Origin: Minisyncoccota bacterium
GTDB taxonomy: Bacteria > Patescibacteriota > Minisyncoccia > UBA6257 > 2-01-FULL-56-20
Assembly: GCA_022843285.1 (NCBI GenBank)
Contig: JALHNY010000002.1
Coordinates: 21,124 to 85,123 of the forward strand
Reading direction: 5' to 3'
DNA length: 64,000 nucleotides
Shown piece after piece: positions 36,525-46,118 of the stretch. The stretch's first letter is position 1. Each line of letters starts with the position of its first letter. The translations under genes and the position numbers were made by a program. The notes under the pieces were generated by a model. It worked only from the letters and a program-made list of their open reading frames with translations, did no database searches and was not told the DNA's origin.

Positions 36525-37547
36525 ATGCTATTAAAAAAGCACCTAACCCCTGAGCTCCGCGAAGAGCTCAAGAATCGCGTCACACCCAACGGGGTGACGC
36601 TCGACTACGTTGCGAACTCTGGAATGCAGAATCCGGACGCGAAGATTGGCGTGTACGCCGGTGACGAAGAATCGTACAGCCCCGAATTTTTCGGCAAGCT
36701 GTTCGACGCAATCATCGCCGACTACCACGTCTTCGGTCCCGAAGACCGCCACGTCAGTGACCTGAACCCGGCGCACCTCCACGGTGCACCGAACCTTGAC
36801 CCCGACGGGTCGTTCATCATCTCGACGCGCATTCGCGTGGCGAGGAACCCCGCTGGCTTTGCCTTCACCCCTGCCATCTCTGCCGAAAAGCGCCTGGAGG
36901 TGGAGCGCCTGATGGTCTCGGCTCTCGAGTCACTCTCGGGCGACCTCGCGGGCACCTACCACCCGATCACGGGCATGGACGAGGAGACCCGCAAGCAGCT
37001 TGTCGAGGAGCACCTCCTGTTCCGTGACGACGACAAGCACGTCGCCGATGCGGGCATTTACCGCGACTGGGCTGAGGGACGGGGCGTGTTCCTGTCTCAC
37101 GACCGCAAGTTCGGCGTCTGGGTCAGCGAGGAGGACCAGCGCATCTTCTCCCTGGAAGATGGCGCCGACCTCTCGAGCGTGTTCGACCGGCTCTGCCGCG
37201 CCGCCCTCGCGCTCGAGGATAAGGTTCCCTTCGCCAAGCACAGCCGCTACGGCTACCTGACGAGCTGCCCCACGAACGTCGGCACGGGCATGCGCGCGAG
37301 CGTCATGATCAAGCTGCCGAAAATTTCTCGTGATGAGAAAGCGTTCAAGGAGCTTTGCCTGTCCATGGGTCTGCAAGCTCGTGGCATGCACGGCGAGCAC
37401 AGTGAGTCTGGAGCAGGGGGCATCTACGACATTTCCAACAAGCAGCGCCTGGGCAAGAGCGAAGCCGAGCTCATCCAGATTCTGCACGATGGCATCCTCA
37501 AGCTCATCGAAATGGAAAGGGAGGCACCACAAGCCGCAGCGGCGTAG
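36525..37547 (+). CDS. ATP:guanido phosphotransferase, eukaryote-type arginine (phosphagen) kinase
   Basis: Both the N-terminal domain (VYAGDEESYSPEFFGKLFDAIIADYH, DLNPAHLHGAPNLDP) and the catalytic domain (CPTNVGTGMRASVMIKLP, LQARGMHGE...GGIYDISNKQRLGKSEAELIQILHDGILKLIEME) align along the full length with metazoan arginine kinase; GAGGAG SD. Confidence 0.85.
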   Translation: MLLKKHLTPELREELKNRVTPNGVTLDYVANSGMQNPDAKIGVYAGDEESYSPEFFGKLFDAIIADYHVFGPEDRHVSDLNPAHLHGAPNLDPDGSFIISTRIRVARNPAGFAFTPAISAEKRLEVERLMVSALESLSGDLAGTYHPITGMDEETRKQLVEEHLLFRDDDKHVADAGIYRDWAEGRGVFLSHDRKFGVWVSEEDQRIFSLEDGADLSSVFDRLCRAALALEDKVPFAKHSRYGYLTSCPTNVGTGMRASVMIKLPKISRDEKAFKELCLSMGLQARGMHGEHSESGAGGIYDISNKQRLGKSEAELIQILHDGILKLIEMEREAPQAAAA

Positions 37548-37589
37548 CGCACGAAACGAGAAGAGGCCCGGTTGCACCGAGCCTCTTTT

Positions 37590-37778
37590 CTATTTGCCTC
37601 CGTTCCTCATGGATGCGGGAACGAGGATTATGATAATTACGTCTCGTATGAAGACCGCGAGGGTGAGCGCGATGAGCTTGGCGCCCGTGACCGGATCTGC
37701 CGGCAACCAGAACCAAAACTCGAGTCGCGCCACTTCGCGCAGCCCTGCGAACAGTGCAACCAGTTCTTTTTTGGTCAT
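37590..37778 (-). CDS. small hypothetical membrane protein (62 aa)
   Basis: AGGAGG SD 8 nt upstream of the ATG; one or two TM helices. Confidence 0.45.
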   Translation of the reverse strand: MTKKELVALFAGLREVARLEFWFWLPADPVTGAKLIALTLAVFIRDVIIIILVPASMRNGGK

Positions 37779-37846
37779 CGCGTTGACCTCCTGCTGCGGG
37801 TATTAGAGCACGCCGGCTGTGGTCTGGGAAAGTGTATACTGCCCGC

Positions 37847-38728
37847 ATGAATGCGAGCTCCAGGAAACCCCTGATTGCCCTCGGAGCTTTGGCGCTCCTT
37901 GCAGCTGGGCTCGCCGCGTGGGGCGGGTACAGCTACCGCGGCGCAACCCGCGAGCTCGAGTCCGTGCGCGCCACCCTGGCCTCCGAGTCAGAGCGCGCAC
38001 GCAAGCTCGACGCGGAGCTCGCGGCGCTCCGTGACGAGAAGTCTGATACTGAGGAGGAGCTGCGAACGGAGAAAAACAAGAACGAGTCGTTCCAGCGGCA
38101 GATCGACAAGATTGCCGGCACGGTGGGGACGCTCGAGAAGCTCAGCAAGACGGACGAGGAGCTCCTGCAGAAGTACTCCAAGGTGTACTTCCTCAACGAG
38201 CACTACGTGCCGTCCCAGCTCACGGACGTGCCGTCCCGCTACGTTCTCAGCGGCAAGGTGCAGTCCTTTCACCGGGACGCGCTCCCGTTCCTCGAGAGCC
38301 TCCTCGAAGCCGCAGAGGAGGACGGCATCGAGCTGCGCGTCGTCTCCGCGTACCGCTCCTTCACGACGCAGGCCCAGCTCAAGTCCGGGTACCGGGTCAC
38401 GTACGGCTCTGGCGCGAACCAGTTCTCTGCGGACCAGGGCTACTCGGAGCACCAGCTGGGCACCACCGTGGACTTCACGACCCCCGACCTGGGATCCAAC
38501 TTCACCGGCTTCGATAAGACCGAAGCGTACGAGTGGCTCCGAGAACGTGCCCACCGGTACGGGTTCGTCCTGTCGTACCCGCAGGGGAACGCGTACTACC
38601 AGTTCGAGCCCTGGCACTGGCGCTTCGTGGGCACCGACCTCGCCCGCGACCTCGCCCGTCGCGGCGAGAGCTTCTACGACCTGGACCAGCGCGAAATAGA
38701 CGAGTACCTCGTCGGCATCTTCGACTAG
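37847..38728 (+). CDS. D-alanyl-D-alanine carboxypeptidase, VanY/M15B family, with an N-terminal TM and coiled-coil
   Basis: SAYRSFTTQAQL, YSEHQLGTTVDF and EPWHWRF zinc-peptidase motifs. Confidence 0.8.
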   Translation: MNASSRKPLIALGALALLAAGLAAWGGYSYRGATRELESVRATLASESERARKLDAELAALRDEKSDTEEELRTEKNKNESFQRQIDKIAGTVGTLEKLSKTDEELLQKYSKVYFLNEHYVPSQLTDVPSRYVLSGKVQSFHRDALPFLESLLEAAEEDGIELRVVSAYRSFTTQAQLKSGYRVTYGSGANQFSADQGYSEHQLGTTVDFTTPDLGSNFTGFDKTEAYEWLRERAHRYGFVLSYPQGNAYYQFEPWHWRFVGTDLARDLARRGESFYDLDQREIDEYLVGIFD

Positions 38729-38744
38729 GCTGTATACTTGGCGC

Positions 38745-39794
38745 ATGGCAGGGTCTCACCTCAGAGAGCGGCTGGCGCGCAAGAAGCCGCGGGGCACTTC
38801 CTGGGTGGGCATCGCCGCGATTGCCGTCCTGGCCGTGGGCATCGGGAGCACGCTCGCGGTGCAGAAGGTCGCGAACCAGCGCGAACGTGAGTACCTCCTG
38901 AACCTCGCGCGCACCGCCGCGACGTCTATCGATCCGCTGGCCATGTCCGCGCTCACCGGCAGCGCCGAGGACCTCTCGCGCCCGCAGTACAACTCGATCA
39001 AGGCTACCCTGCACCAGATTCGCGAGGCGAACCCCGACGTCCGCTTCGCCTACCTCATGGGAAACCGCGGCACGGACAAGATGTTCTTCTTCGCGGACTC
39101 CGAGCCGCCGACGTCCGACGACTACTCCGCTCCGGGAGACGTCTACGAGGAAACCACGCTCGCCCAGCTCGAGGGCTTCCGCCAGGGCAGGGCCTTCGTG
39201 GAGGGGCCCACGAGCGACGTGTGGGGGGAGTGGATCAGCGCCATGGCTCCGGTCCGGGACCCCGCGTCCGGGCGCACCATCGCGCTGGTGGGGCTGGACA
39301 TCGACACGACGCTCTTCAACCAGCGCATCTTTGAAGCGGCCGTGCTCCCGCTCTCCGTGACCGGGGGCGCGCTGGTGGTTCTCATGGGGTACTGGCTGTA
39401 CGCGCGCCGCGTGCGCCGCGCCGCTGAGGACGTCGCCCAGGAGCGGGAGATCTTCCGCGTGGTCCTGGATGACATGCCCAGTGGCGTGATCGTCGCGAAG
39501 TTCCCGTCCGGTGAGGTGGTACTGGAAAACCCGCAGGCGTGGTCGCTGTCCGAGCGCCGCGACGAGCACGGCCACGTCAGCGACTACCGCTTCGTGGACT
39601 CCCAGGGCAAGCGGTACCCGCCGGGTGAGGTGCCCATCGCCATGACGCTCGCGAGCGGGGAGCGCGTCGTGCGCGACGACCTCCACGTGGAGCGGGCTGG
39701 CGGGAAGCTGCGCCTGCGCGCGGAGAGCGCCCCCGTGCGTGACGTGGAGGGCCACATCCGCTTCGCGGTGATGGTGCTGACCCAGCTCGACTAG
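38745..39794 (+). CDS. membrane-anchored sensor-domain protein, hypothetical
   Basis: TM1 WVGIAAIAVLAVGIGSTLAV, a periplasmic region, a second TM, then a cytoplasmic PAS-like region; no kinase domain. Confidence 0.55.
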   Translation: MAGSHLRERLARKKPRGTSWVGIAAIAVLAVGIGSTLAVQKVANQREREYLLNLARTAATSIDPLAMSALTGSAEDLSRPQYNSIKATLHQIREANPDVRFAYLMGNRGTDKMFFFADSEPPTSDDYSAPGDVYEETTLAQLEGFRQGRAFVEGPTSDVWGEWISAMAPVRDPASGRTIALVGLDIDTTLFNQRIFEAAVLPLSVTGGALVVLMGYWLYARRVRRAAEDVAQEREIFRVVLDDMPSGVIVAKFPSGEVVLENPQAWSLSERRDEHGHVSDYRFVDSQGKRYPPGEVPIAMTLASGERVVRDDLHVERAGGKLRLRAESAPVRDVEGHIRFAVMVLTQLD

Positions 39795-40966
39795 GGCGCC
39801 GTGCTCGTCGAGCTCGTAGCCGCGGGAGCCGGCTTCTCAGGTGCGGGCTTCAGCGGCAGCGCGAACCCCTCCGGCTCGTAGCGCGCCGTGGCGTTCCACG
39901 CCATCCAGCTGTCCCCGAGCCCGTTGTCCGCGATGGCCTGGCGGCTCGCGCGAATGAGCGAGGGCGTGTACTCCGCGCCCATGTCGAAGGCCTGGATCCA
40001 GGGCCGCACGATGGGGCGCTGGTCCTCGGGCAGGCGCGCGAGCATGGAGAGCCCCTTCTCGAGCGTCCCGTCCGTGACCTCGTACGGGTGCGCGGCGGGG
40101 TTGGCGAACCCGAAGTTGCCCGCGGAGTAGTGGCTCGGGTAGATCATGGGCGCGATGACGTCCACCGTGGGGCCGAGCGCCACGATGTTCTGCCCGATGC
40201 CCACGTCGCCCTCGACGAGGAACGAGAACGCGTACAGGTCCGCCGAGATGGTGACGTGCGGGTATTCCGCCTTCACGCTCTCGGTGATGCGCGAGAGCGC
40301 CCTCGCGATGACCGGGGCGCGCGGCGTGTCGCGCACGTAGTGGGGGAAGTGGATGGCGTCCACGTTGCCATCGGTGGGGAAGCGGACGTAGTCCAGGTTG
40401 ATTTCCAGGAAGCCGAGTCCGGCTGCCCGCTTCGCCACCTCGACGGTGTGGTCCGTGGCACTGGGCGCGGCGGGGTCGAGCCAGTACAGGCCTTTGTGCA
40501 CCCACAGGCTGCCGTCCGCGTTCTGGAGCGCCGCATCCGGGTGCGCCCTCGCGAAGCCGTTGTCCTGGAAGACGACGACGCGCGCGATGGGAACGAGGCC
40601 CGCCTCGCGCACCTCCCCGACCCAGTCCCCGAGCTCCTCCGGCATCACCACGCCGGTGGTGTCCTTCACGTCTATGACGAGGGCGTTGGCGTTGGCTGCC
40701 TTCGCGGTCTTGATCAGGTCCGCGCGGCGGTCTGCTTTCGCGAAAATCCACGCGGGCGTGTACAGCGAGCGGACGTCGGCCGGGTCGGTGCCCGCTTGGG
40801 AGGGCGGCTCCGGTTCCTCTGCTGCTTCGGCGGTCTCGGCTTGCTCCGCTGGCTCTGCACCCCCGTTGTCCACTGTGACGCTGCCCATGCGCGCGAGGCC
40901 CACACCGCCGAGCACGAGGATGGCTGCCGCCACTGCGAGCGCGATGAGCCATCCGGTGAGCTTCAT
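39791..40966 (-). CDS. putative glycoside hydrolase (GHL/DUF4015-like TIM-barrel), membrane-anchored
   Basis: TM MKLTGWLIALAVAAAILVLGGV, then a domain with ...ANALVIDVKDTTG...LDYVRFP...IAPMIYPSHY...; the overlapping frame 39837..41129 is rejected. Confidence 0.55.
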   Translation of the reverse strand: MKLTGWLIALAVAAAILVLGGVGLARMGSVTVDNGGAEPAEQAETAEAAEEPEPPSQAGTDPADVRSLYTPAWIFAKADRRADLIKTAKAANANALVIDVKDTTGVVMPEELGDWVGEVREAGLVPIARVVVFQDNGFARAHPDAALQNADGSLWVHKGLYWLDPAAPSATDHTVEVAKRAAGLGFLEINLDYVRFPTDGNVDAIHFPHYVRDTPRAPVIARALSRITESVKAEYPHVTISADLYAFSFLVEGDVGIGQNIVALGPTVDVIAPMIYPSHYSAGNFGFANPAAHPYEVTDGTLEKGLSMLARLPEDQRPIVRPWIQAFDMGAEYTPSLIRASRQAIADNGLGDSWMAWNATARYEPEGFALPLKPAPEKPAPAATSSTSTAP

Positions 40967-40992
40967 GCGCGCATTGTACCTGTACCCGCGCT

Positions 40993-41418
40993 CTACTTCG
41001 AGCGCGCCGCGCACGCGGCGCAGGTTCCGTGGAACTCCAGGGAGTGGCTCTCGATTGAGGCGAACGCCTTGGCGCTTCGCAGCACTCTCCGGACGTCTTC
41101 CGGATCGGGGCAGAGCGCCACGTCCGCAATCTTCCCGCACGAGGTGCAGATGAGGTGGTGGTGCTCCTCGCCGACGGCTGCCTCGAAGTGCGCGTGGCGG
41201 TGCCCCACGTTTACCTTGCGCGCCAGCCCCGCCCTCACGAACGTCTCGAGGCTGCGGTACACGGTGGTGCGGTCCAGGCCGCGCGTCGCCTCCAGCAGGT
41301 CCTTGCTGCTTGCCGGAGCGGGGGACGCGAGCAGCGCCTCGAGGAGAGCCACGCGCTCCGCCGTGACCTTCAGGCCAGCAGACTGGATCATGGAACGCGC
41401 CTCGTCACCCCGCTTCAT
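40993..41418 (-). CDS. fur: Fur family transcriptional regulator
   Basis: DNA-binding N-domain (TAERVALLEALL...TVYRSLETFVRAGL) and metal sites HRHAHFE..., HHHLICTSCG..., LEFHGTCAAC. Confidence 0.8.
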   Translation of the reverse strand: MKRGDEARSMIQSAGLKVTAERVALLEALLASPAPASSKDLLEATRGLDRTTVYRSLETFVRAGLARKVNVGHRHAHFEAAVGEEHHHLICTSCGKIADVALCPDPEDVRRVLRSAKAFASIESHSLEFHGTCAACAARSK

Positions 41419-41474
41419 GCGGCTAGTGTAGCGCGCCCCTTCAGCTTGGGAAGAGGTACTGGTACACTGGGCCA

Positions 41475-41903
41475 ATGAGAAAGTCGCGCGCTACCCTGGC
41501 AGTCCTCGGTATCGCGCTCGCCCTGGCCACGGTCACCTGGTTCCTGGGCTCGGAGCAGCAGCCCGCCGAGGTTGCCTCCGTCGTGACGCCCGATGCTCCC
41601 GCGCTCATCGCGGGCTCGTGGGTCAGCGAAGATGACGCCCATTACGGGGTCGTGTTCGGCGCCGACGGCACGGTGGTGGAGTCGTACGCGGGCGTGGCGG
41701 TAGCCAGCGGCACGTACCACTTCGCCGCCTCTCCGGACGGGTACACCGCCGAGGCGCACGAGCCCTCGCACCCGCACGCGTTCCTCCTCGAGGAGATCGA
41801 CGGGGAGCGCTACGCGTACCGCGTGGGCACCCTGACCCCGGACAAGCTCGAGATCATGTACCTCGAGCGGGGCAAGCCACTCACGTTCACCAAAGTCCGC
41901 TAG
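41475..41903 (+). CDS. hypothetical secreted protein/lipoprotein
   Basis: Signal peptide MRKSRATLAVLGIALALATVTWFLGSEQQ. Confidence 0.55.
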   Translation: MRKSRATLAVLGIALALATVTWFLGSEQQPAEVASVVTPDAPALIAGSWVSEDDAHYGVVFGADGTVVESYAGVAVASGTYHFAASPDGYTAEAHEPSHPHAFLLEEIDGERYAYRVGTLTPDKLEIMYLERGKPLTFTKVR

Positions 41904-41904
41904 C

Positions 41905-42456
41905 ATGGCGAGCCGTCCTGCCGCGAAGGGCAGCTTCAGCGTGCTGCCCCTCGCCCTCCGGGGCGTGAAGAAAACCCGAGACGCGCTCGGGCTGCAGACC
42001 TACCAGGTCGAGTACCTGTTCGTGGGCGCGATCCTCCTCGGGACCCGGCTCCTCGCGGGTGGCTTCTCGCTCGCGCCCCTCGCCGCGTTCTCCGAGCAGG
42101 GGCTCCTCGCCTTCTGGACGGATCCCGCGCTCCGCATCTGGCTGGCAGACTGGCTGGCGCTCATCGGCGTCTCGTACTCTTTCGCCCACGCGTCCGTCGC
42201 GGACCGCCTGGCGGAGGTGGAGGGCGAGCGCGTGACCGCGGGGCAGGCCCCGACGATCGAGTGCTACGGCAAGCTGCACGGCTCGTTCGTGAAGCGCGAG
42301 GTGGCCTGGCTCCTGACCTTCCTGCTCCTGCAGTCCTGGTCTGCGCTCGTGGGCGTGCTCATATTCCTCGCGTACCCGGCGTGGCGCAGGGCGTGGAGGA
42401 GCAGCTACCCGGTCGCGACCTCTAAGCGGCTTCGGGGGAAAGTCGGGGCTCGCTAG
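41905..42456 (+). CDS. hypothetical membrane protein
   Basis: 183 aa, 4 TM helices. Confidence 0.55.
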   Translation: MASRPAAKGSFSVLPLALRGVKKTRDALGLQTYQVEYLFVGAILLGTRLLAGGFSLAPLAAFSEQGLLAFWTDPALRIWLADWLALIGVSYSFAHASVADRLAEVEGERVTAGQAPTIECYGKLHGSFVKREVAWLLTFLLLQSWSALVGVLIFLAYPAWRRAWRSSYPVATSKRLRGKVGAR

Positions 42457-43162
42457 CCGGGCGGCGGTTGCGGCCGCCACGTGACCCGCGGCGGCGCCGC
42501 GGGCGGGGCGCCTCCGCGGCGGCATCGGGCATGCGCGAGAGCACCTGCGGGGATACCCCGGTGCGCTTCATGGCGCGCGCCTCCTCCTTGGCCTTGCGGC
42601 GCTCCTCCTGCGCGGCCTTCATGGCGGCCAGCTTCTCGGGGAAGTTCTCGGCGAAGTAGCGCTCGAAGGCGATCTTGCTGTCCACCTTGGTCTTCTTGGT
42701 GTGGCAGGGGACGCAGAGCAGCTGGCAGTTGTCCACCTCGTTCTTGCCGCCGAGGCTGATGGGGTGGATGTGGTCCAGGGTGAGCAGGACGTCGCCACGG
42801 CCGCAGTCCACGCACTTCTCGCCGAACTTTTCTATGAGCTTCTCCTTCACCTTCTTGCGCGCAGCGGTGGAGCCACCGTCACGCTTGTAGCGGGTGGACG
42901 CGTTCTCCTCGATGTGGAGCGGGCAGTGGCCGTTGGCTATCTTCTGCTTCATGTAGAACTCGAGGCGCTCGAGCTCCTCGATGTTCGCGGTCATGAAGGA
43001 CTCGCCGATGTGCCCGACGATCCAGTGGTTGGCGTTCATGCGGTCCTTGCGGTTGTCCATGTCCCAGAGCTCGGCGCGCAGCTTGTGGCACCGGTACTTC
43101 AGGGCATTGAGCGCACGGCGCTCCCTGTCAGGGAGGCCAGCATTGTTCTGCTGTCGTATCAT
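42422..43162 (-). CDS. HNH endonuclease family protein
   Basis: CVDCGRGDVLLTLDHIHPISLGGKNEVDNCQLLCVPCHTKKT = HNH with zinc ligands. Confidence 0.8.
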   Translation of the reverse strand: MIRQQNNAGLPDRERRALNALKYRCHKLRAELWDMDNRKDRMNANHWIVGHIGESFMTANIEELERLEFYMKQKIANGHCPLHIEENASTRYKRDGGSTAARKKVKEKLIEKFGEKCVDCGRGDVLLTLDHIHPISLGGKNEVDNCQLLCVPCHTKKTKVDSKIAFERYFAENFPEKLAAMKAAQEERRKAKEEARAMKRTGVSPQVLSRMPDAAAEAPRPRRRRGSRGGRNRRPASEPRLSPEAA

Positions 43163-43277
43163 AAAAATTCCTTGTGCTTCCTAGTTCACCCTTCAGGTGA
43201 AGGAGTACTATGACACACTTTTGTTATTTGCGCCAGAGGGCGCCTTCCCGTATAAGGTGTCCAGGAGGTGATTGAAA

Positions 43278-43625
43278 ATGTCACAAAGCTACACCATCGA
43301 GCCGGGCACGTACCGGCACTACAAGGGGAAAGACTACACGGTGATCGGGGTCGCGCACTTCGCCACGAGCATTCCCGAAAACGCGGAACTCCTGGGGCGC
43401 GCGGTGCAGTCTGGCGACGAGATGAACCCGGCTGGATCCCGCGTCGGCGTGTACGAGCGCGACGATGGCACCCTCTGCTACATTTCGTTTGAAGACCTCG
43501 GCTGGCTCGTCGTGTACCGCCCCAACTACGGGGACCAGCTCCTCACGTTCCGTGAGCACGGCGAGTTCATCGAGCGGGTAGACTCTGGGCTCGGATCCCC
43601 GCGCTTTGAGAGAATCGGCGACTAG
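43278..43625 (+). CDS. DUF1653 domain protein
   Basis: GTYRHYKGKDYTVIG signature; AGGAGG SD 9 nt upstream. Confidence 0.7.
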   Translation: MSQSYTIEPGTYRHYKGKDYTVIGVAHFATSIPENAELLGRAVQSGDEMNPAGSRVGVYERDDGTLCYISFEDLGWLVVYRPNYGDQLLTFREHGEFIERVDSGLGSPRFERIGD

Positions 43626-43667
43626 CCACAGCGAGAACGGCGACCACCACGGTCGCCGTCTCCATTT

Positions 43668-44213
43668 CTAGATTCTCCCGAGCACGTCTCTCCAGTTGCT
43701 CCAGTCTCGCGCGATGCGGGGCAGCTCCACGTCGCGGTTGTACCCCTGGTCCACGAGGACGTGTCGCCAGGTGGGGATGCGCCTACCCACGATGGCCGGC
43801 TTGTCGTCGATGAGGACGTCTCCCTGCACGAGCGTCTTGTCGTGAGTGAGAACGAGGTCCCGGGCGGTGCCGGTGCCCAGGTGCTGCTCAATCCAGTGCC
43901 GCTTCTCTGATTCGCACCACCGCGAGCGCACGAGTGGCGCGCTGCAGATGACGAGGTCGTGCCCGTCCGCTGCCATGTCGCGGAACGCCTCGATGGCTCC
44001 CGGCATGGGGTCCAGGTCCGCGAAGAACCCCTCGCCCGAAAAGATTTCCCAGACCGCGTCGTGCTTGTCCGCGGGGTAGCCATCGGTGAGCTCCCAGGTG
44101 GTGCGGTCCTCGAGCCTCGGGTACGGCGCGTCCGGGAAGCGCTCGCGGTACCGCTGTATGAGCTTGCTCTCGTGATCGGCGAGCACGCCGTCCATGTCTA
44201 CGAGAATGAGCAT
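43668..44213 (-). CDS. 5'(3')-deoxyribonucleotidase (NT5C family, HAD fold)
   Basis: MLILVDMDGVLADHESKLIQ... DxDG(V/T) motif; about 180 aa. Confidence 0.75.
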   Translation of the reverse strand: MLILVDMDGVLADHESKLIQRYRERFPDAPYPRLEDRTTWELTDGYPADKHDAVWEIFSGEGFFADLDPMPGAIEAFRDMAADGHDLVICSAPLVRSRWCESEKRHWIEQHLGTGTARDLVLTHDKTLVQGDVLIDDKPAIVGRRIPTWRHVLVDQGYNRDVELPRIARDWSNWRDVLGRI

Positions 44214-44218
44214 CGTGC

Positions 44219-46036
44219 CTACTGCGCCGCCTTCTTCGCGCGGTTCTCCTCGATCTCGGTGAGGTACCGCTTGCGGATGCGCACGGACTCCGGCGTGACC
44301 TCGACGAGCTCGTCGGGCCCGATGTACTCGATGGCGTCCTCGAGCGTCATCTGGCGGGGAACCTTGAGGAACTCCATGCCGCCGTCTGACTTGGCGCGCA
44401 TGTTGGAGAGCTTTTTCTCCTTGCAGACGTTCACGCGCAGGTCCTGCTCCTTGGCGTTTTGACCGACCACCATGCCCTCGTACACGGCAACCCCGGGTCC
44501 CACGAACAGCTCGCCGCGCTCCTCGGCAGCCATGAGGCCGTAACTGCGCGTCGTGCCGCTCTCGTGCGCGACGAGTGACCCGTGCGCGTTCGCATTCACG
44601 TCTCCGGCGAGCGGCTCGTACCCCTCGAAGAGGCTGTGCATGATGCCCTGCCCCTTGGTGAGGGTCGTGAAGCGGCTGCGGAAGCCGATGAGGCCACGGG
44701 TCGGGACCGTGAACTCGACGAAGGCGCTCGTTCCCTCAACCTTGAGGTCCACGACCGTGCCGCGGCGCTTGCCCATTTCCTCGATGACGCCGCCGAGCTT
44801 GTCTTCGGGGACCTCGACGGTGAGGCGCTCGACCGGCTCCATCTTGGTCCCGTCGATCACCTTCGTGATGACCTGCGGCTGCCCCACCTGGAACTCGAAG
44901 CCCTCGCGCCGCATCTTCTCGATGAGAATGGTGAGGTGCAGCTCGCCGCGCCCGGACACGGTCCACGCGTCCGGCGTCGCCGTCTGGTCCACGCGGAGCG
45001 CGACGTCCGTCTCCACCTCCTTGAGGAGGCGGTCGTAGATGTGGCGGCTCGTGACGAACTTGCCCTCCTTGCCGGCGAAGGGGGAAGAGTTCACGCCGAA
45101 GACTACCGCGACGGTCGGCTCCTCGATGGCGAGCTCTGCGAACCGCTGCGGGCGCTCGGGCTCGGTGACGCCGTCCCCGATTGAGACGGTGCCGAGGCCC
45201 GCGAGCGCGACGATGTCACCCGCGTACCCGATCTCGACGTCCGCACGGCCGAGCCCGTCGAACACCGTGATGGCGGACACGGTGACCTTCGCCTCGCCGC
45301 CCTCGCGCTTCACGAGGAGCACCTGCTGGTTGCGGCGGACGATGCCGCCCATGATTTTTCCGATCGCGAGCTTTCCCTTGAACGTATCGTGCGCGAGGTT
45401 CACGACGAGCATCGCGAGCGGGTCCTCGGGCGAGCCGGTCGGGGGAGGCACCTCCTTCACGATGAGGTCAAAGATGGGCTCGATGTCCTTCATGGACTCG
45501 AGGTTCGCCTCGAGTCCCGCCTTGCCGAGCGCTCCCGCGGCGTACACCACGGGGAAGTCTGCCTGCTCGTCCGTTGCGCCGAGCTCCACGAACAGGTCGA
45601 ACGTCTTGTTCAGCGCGAAGTCGGTGCGCGCGCCGTCCTTGTCGATCTTGTTCACCACGACGATGACGCGGTGGCCCGCCTGCAGCGCCTTGCCGAGCAC
45701 GAACTTGGTCTGCGGCATGGGCCCCTCCTTGGCGTCCACGAGCAGCAGGACGCCGTCCACCATCTGCATGATGCGCTCCACCTCGCCGCCGAAGTCGGCG
45801 TGGCCCGGGGTGTCCACGATGTTGATCTTCGTCCCGCGGTAGGAGACGGCAGCGTTCTTGGAGAAGATGGTGATGCCGCGCTCACGCTCCAGCTCGTTGG
45901 AGTCCATGATGAGTTCGGTCTCAGCCCCGCTCTTCAAAGAAAAAGCGTCGCTCTGCTTGAGGAGAGCGTCGACGAGGGTGGTCTTTCCGTGGTCCACGTG
46001 GGCGATGATGGCCACGTTCCTGATTTGCTGCTGCAT
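44219..46036 (-). CDS. typA: translational GTPase TypA/BipA
   Basis: G-domain IRNVAIIAHVDHGKTTL, DTPGHADF, NKID; full EF-G-like domain series; 605 aa. Confidence 0.9.
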   Translation of the reverse strand: MQQQIRNVAIIAHVDHGKTTLVDALLKQSDAFSLKSGAETELIMDSNELERERGITIFSKNAAVSYRGTKINIVDTPGHADFGGEVERIMQMVDGVLLLVDAKEGPMPQTKFVLGKALQAGHRVIVVVNKIDKDGARTDFALNKTFDLFVELGATDEQADFPVVYAAGALGKAGLEANLESMKDIEPIFDLIVKEVPPPTGSPEDPLAMLVVNLAHDTFKGKLAIGKIMGGIVRRNQQVLLVKREGGEAKVTVSAITVFDGLGRADVEIGYAGDIVALAGLGTVSIGDGVTEPERPQRFAELAIEEPTVAVVFGVNSSPFAGKEGKFVTSRHIYDRLLKEVETDVALRVDQTATPDAWTVSGRGELHLTILIEKMRREGFEFQVGQPQVITKVIDGTKMEPVERLTVEVPEDKLGGVIEEMGKRRGTVVDLKVEGTSAFVEFTVPTRGLIGFRSRFTTLTKGQGIMHSLFEGYEPLAGDVNANAHGSLVAHESGTTRSYGLMAAEERGELFVGPGVAVYEGMVVGQNAKEQDLRVNVCKEKKLSNMRAKSDGGMEFLKVPRQMTLEDAIEYIGPDELVEVTPESVRIRKRYLTEIEENRAKKAAQ

Positions 46037-46118
46037 GACTGGGGCAACGTAGCACAGGATTAGCGGGTGCGGTAGGGTATAGGCGTCACAGCAGAGCCTC
46101 CCACTCGTCTCAATTTCC

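Noticed and set aside
39837-41129. 430-aa minus-strand ORF in an alternative frame
   Set aside because: R/G/P-rich junk; the 39791..40966 frame gives a coherent TM plus TIM-barrel-like protein
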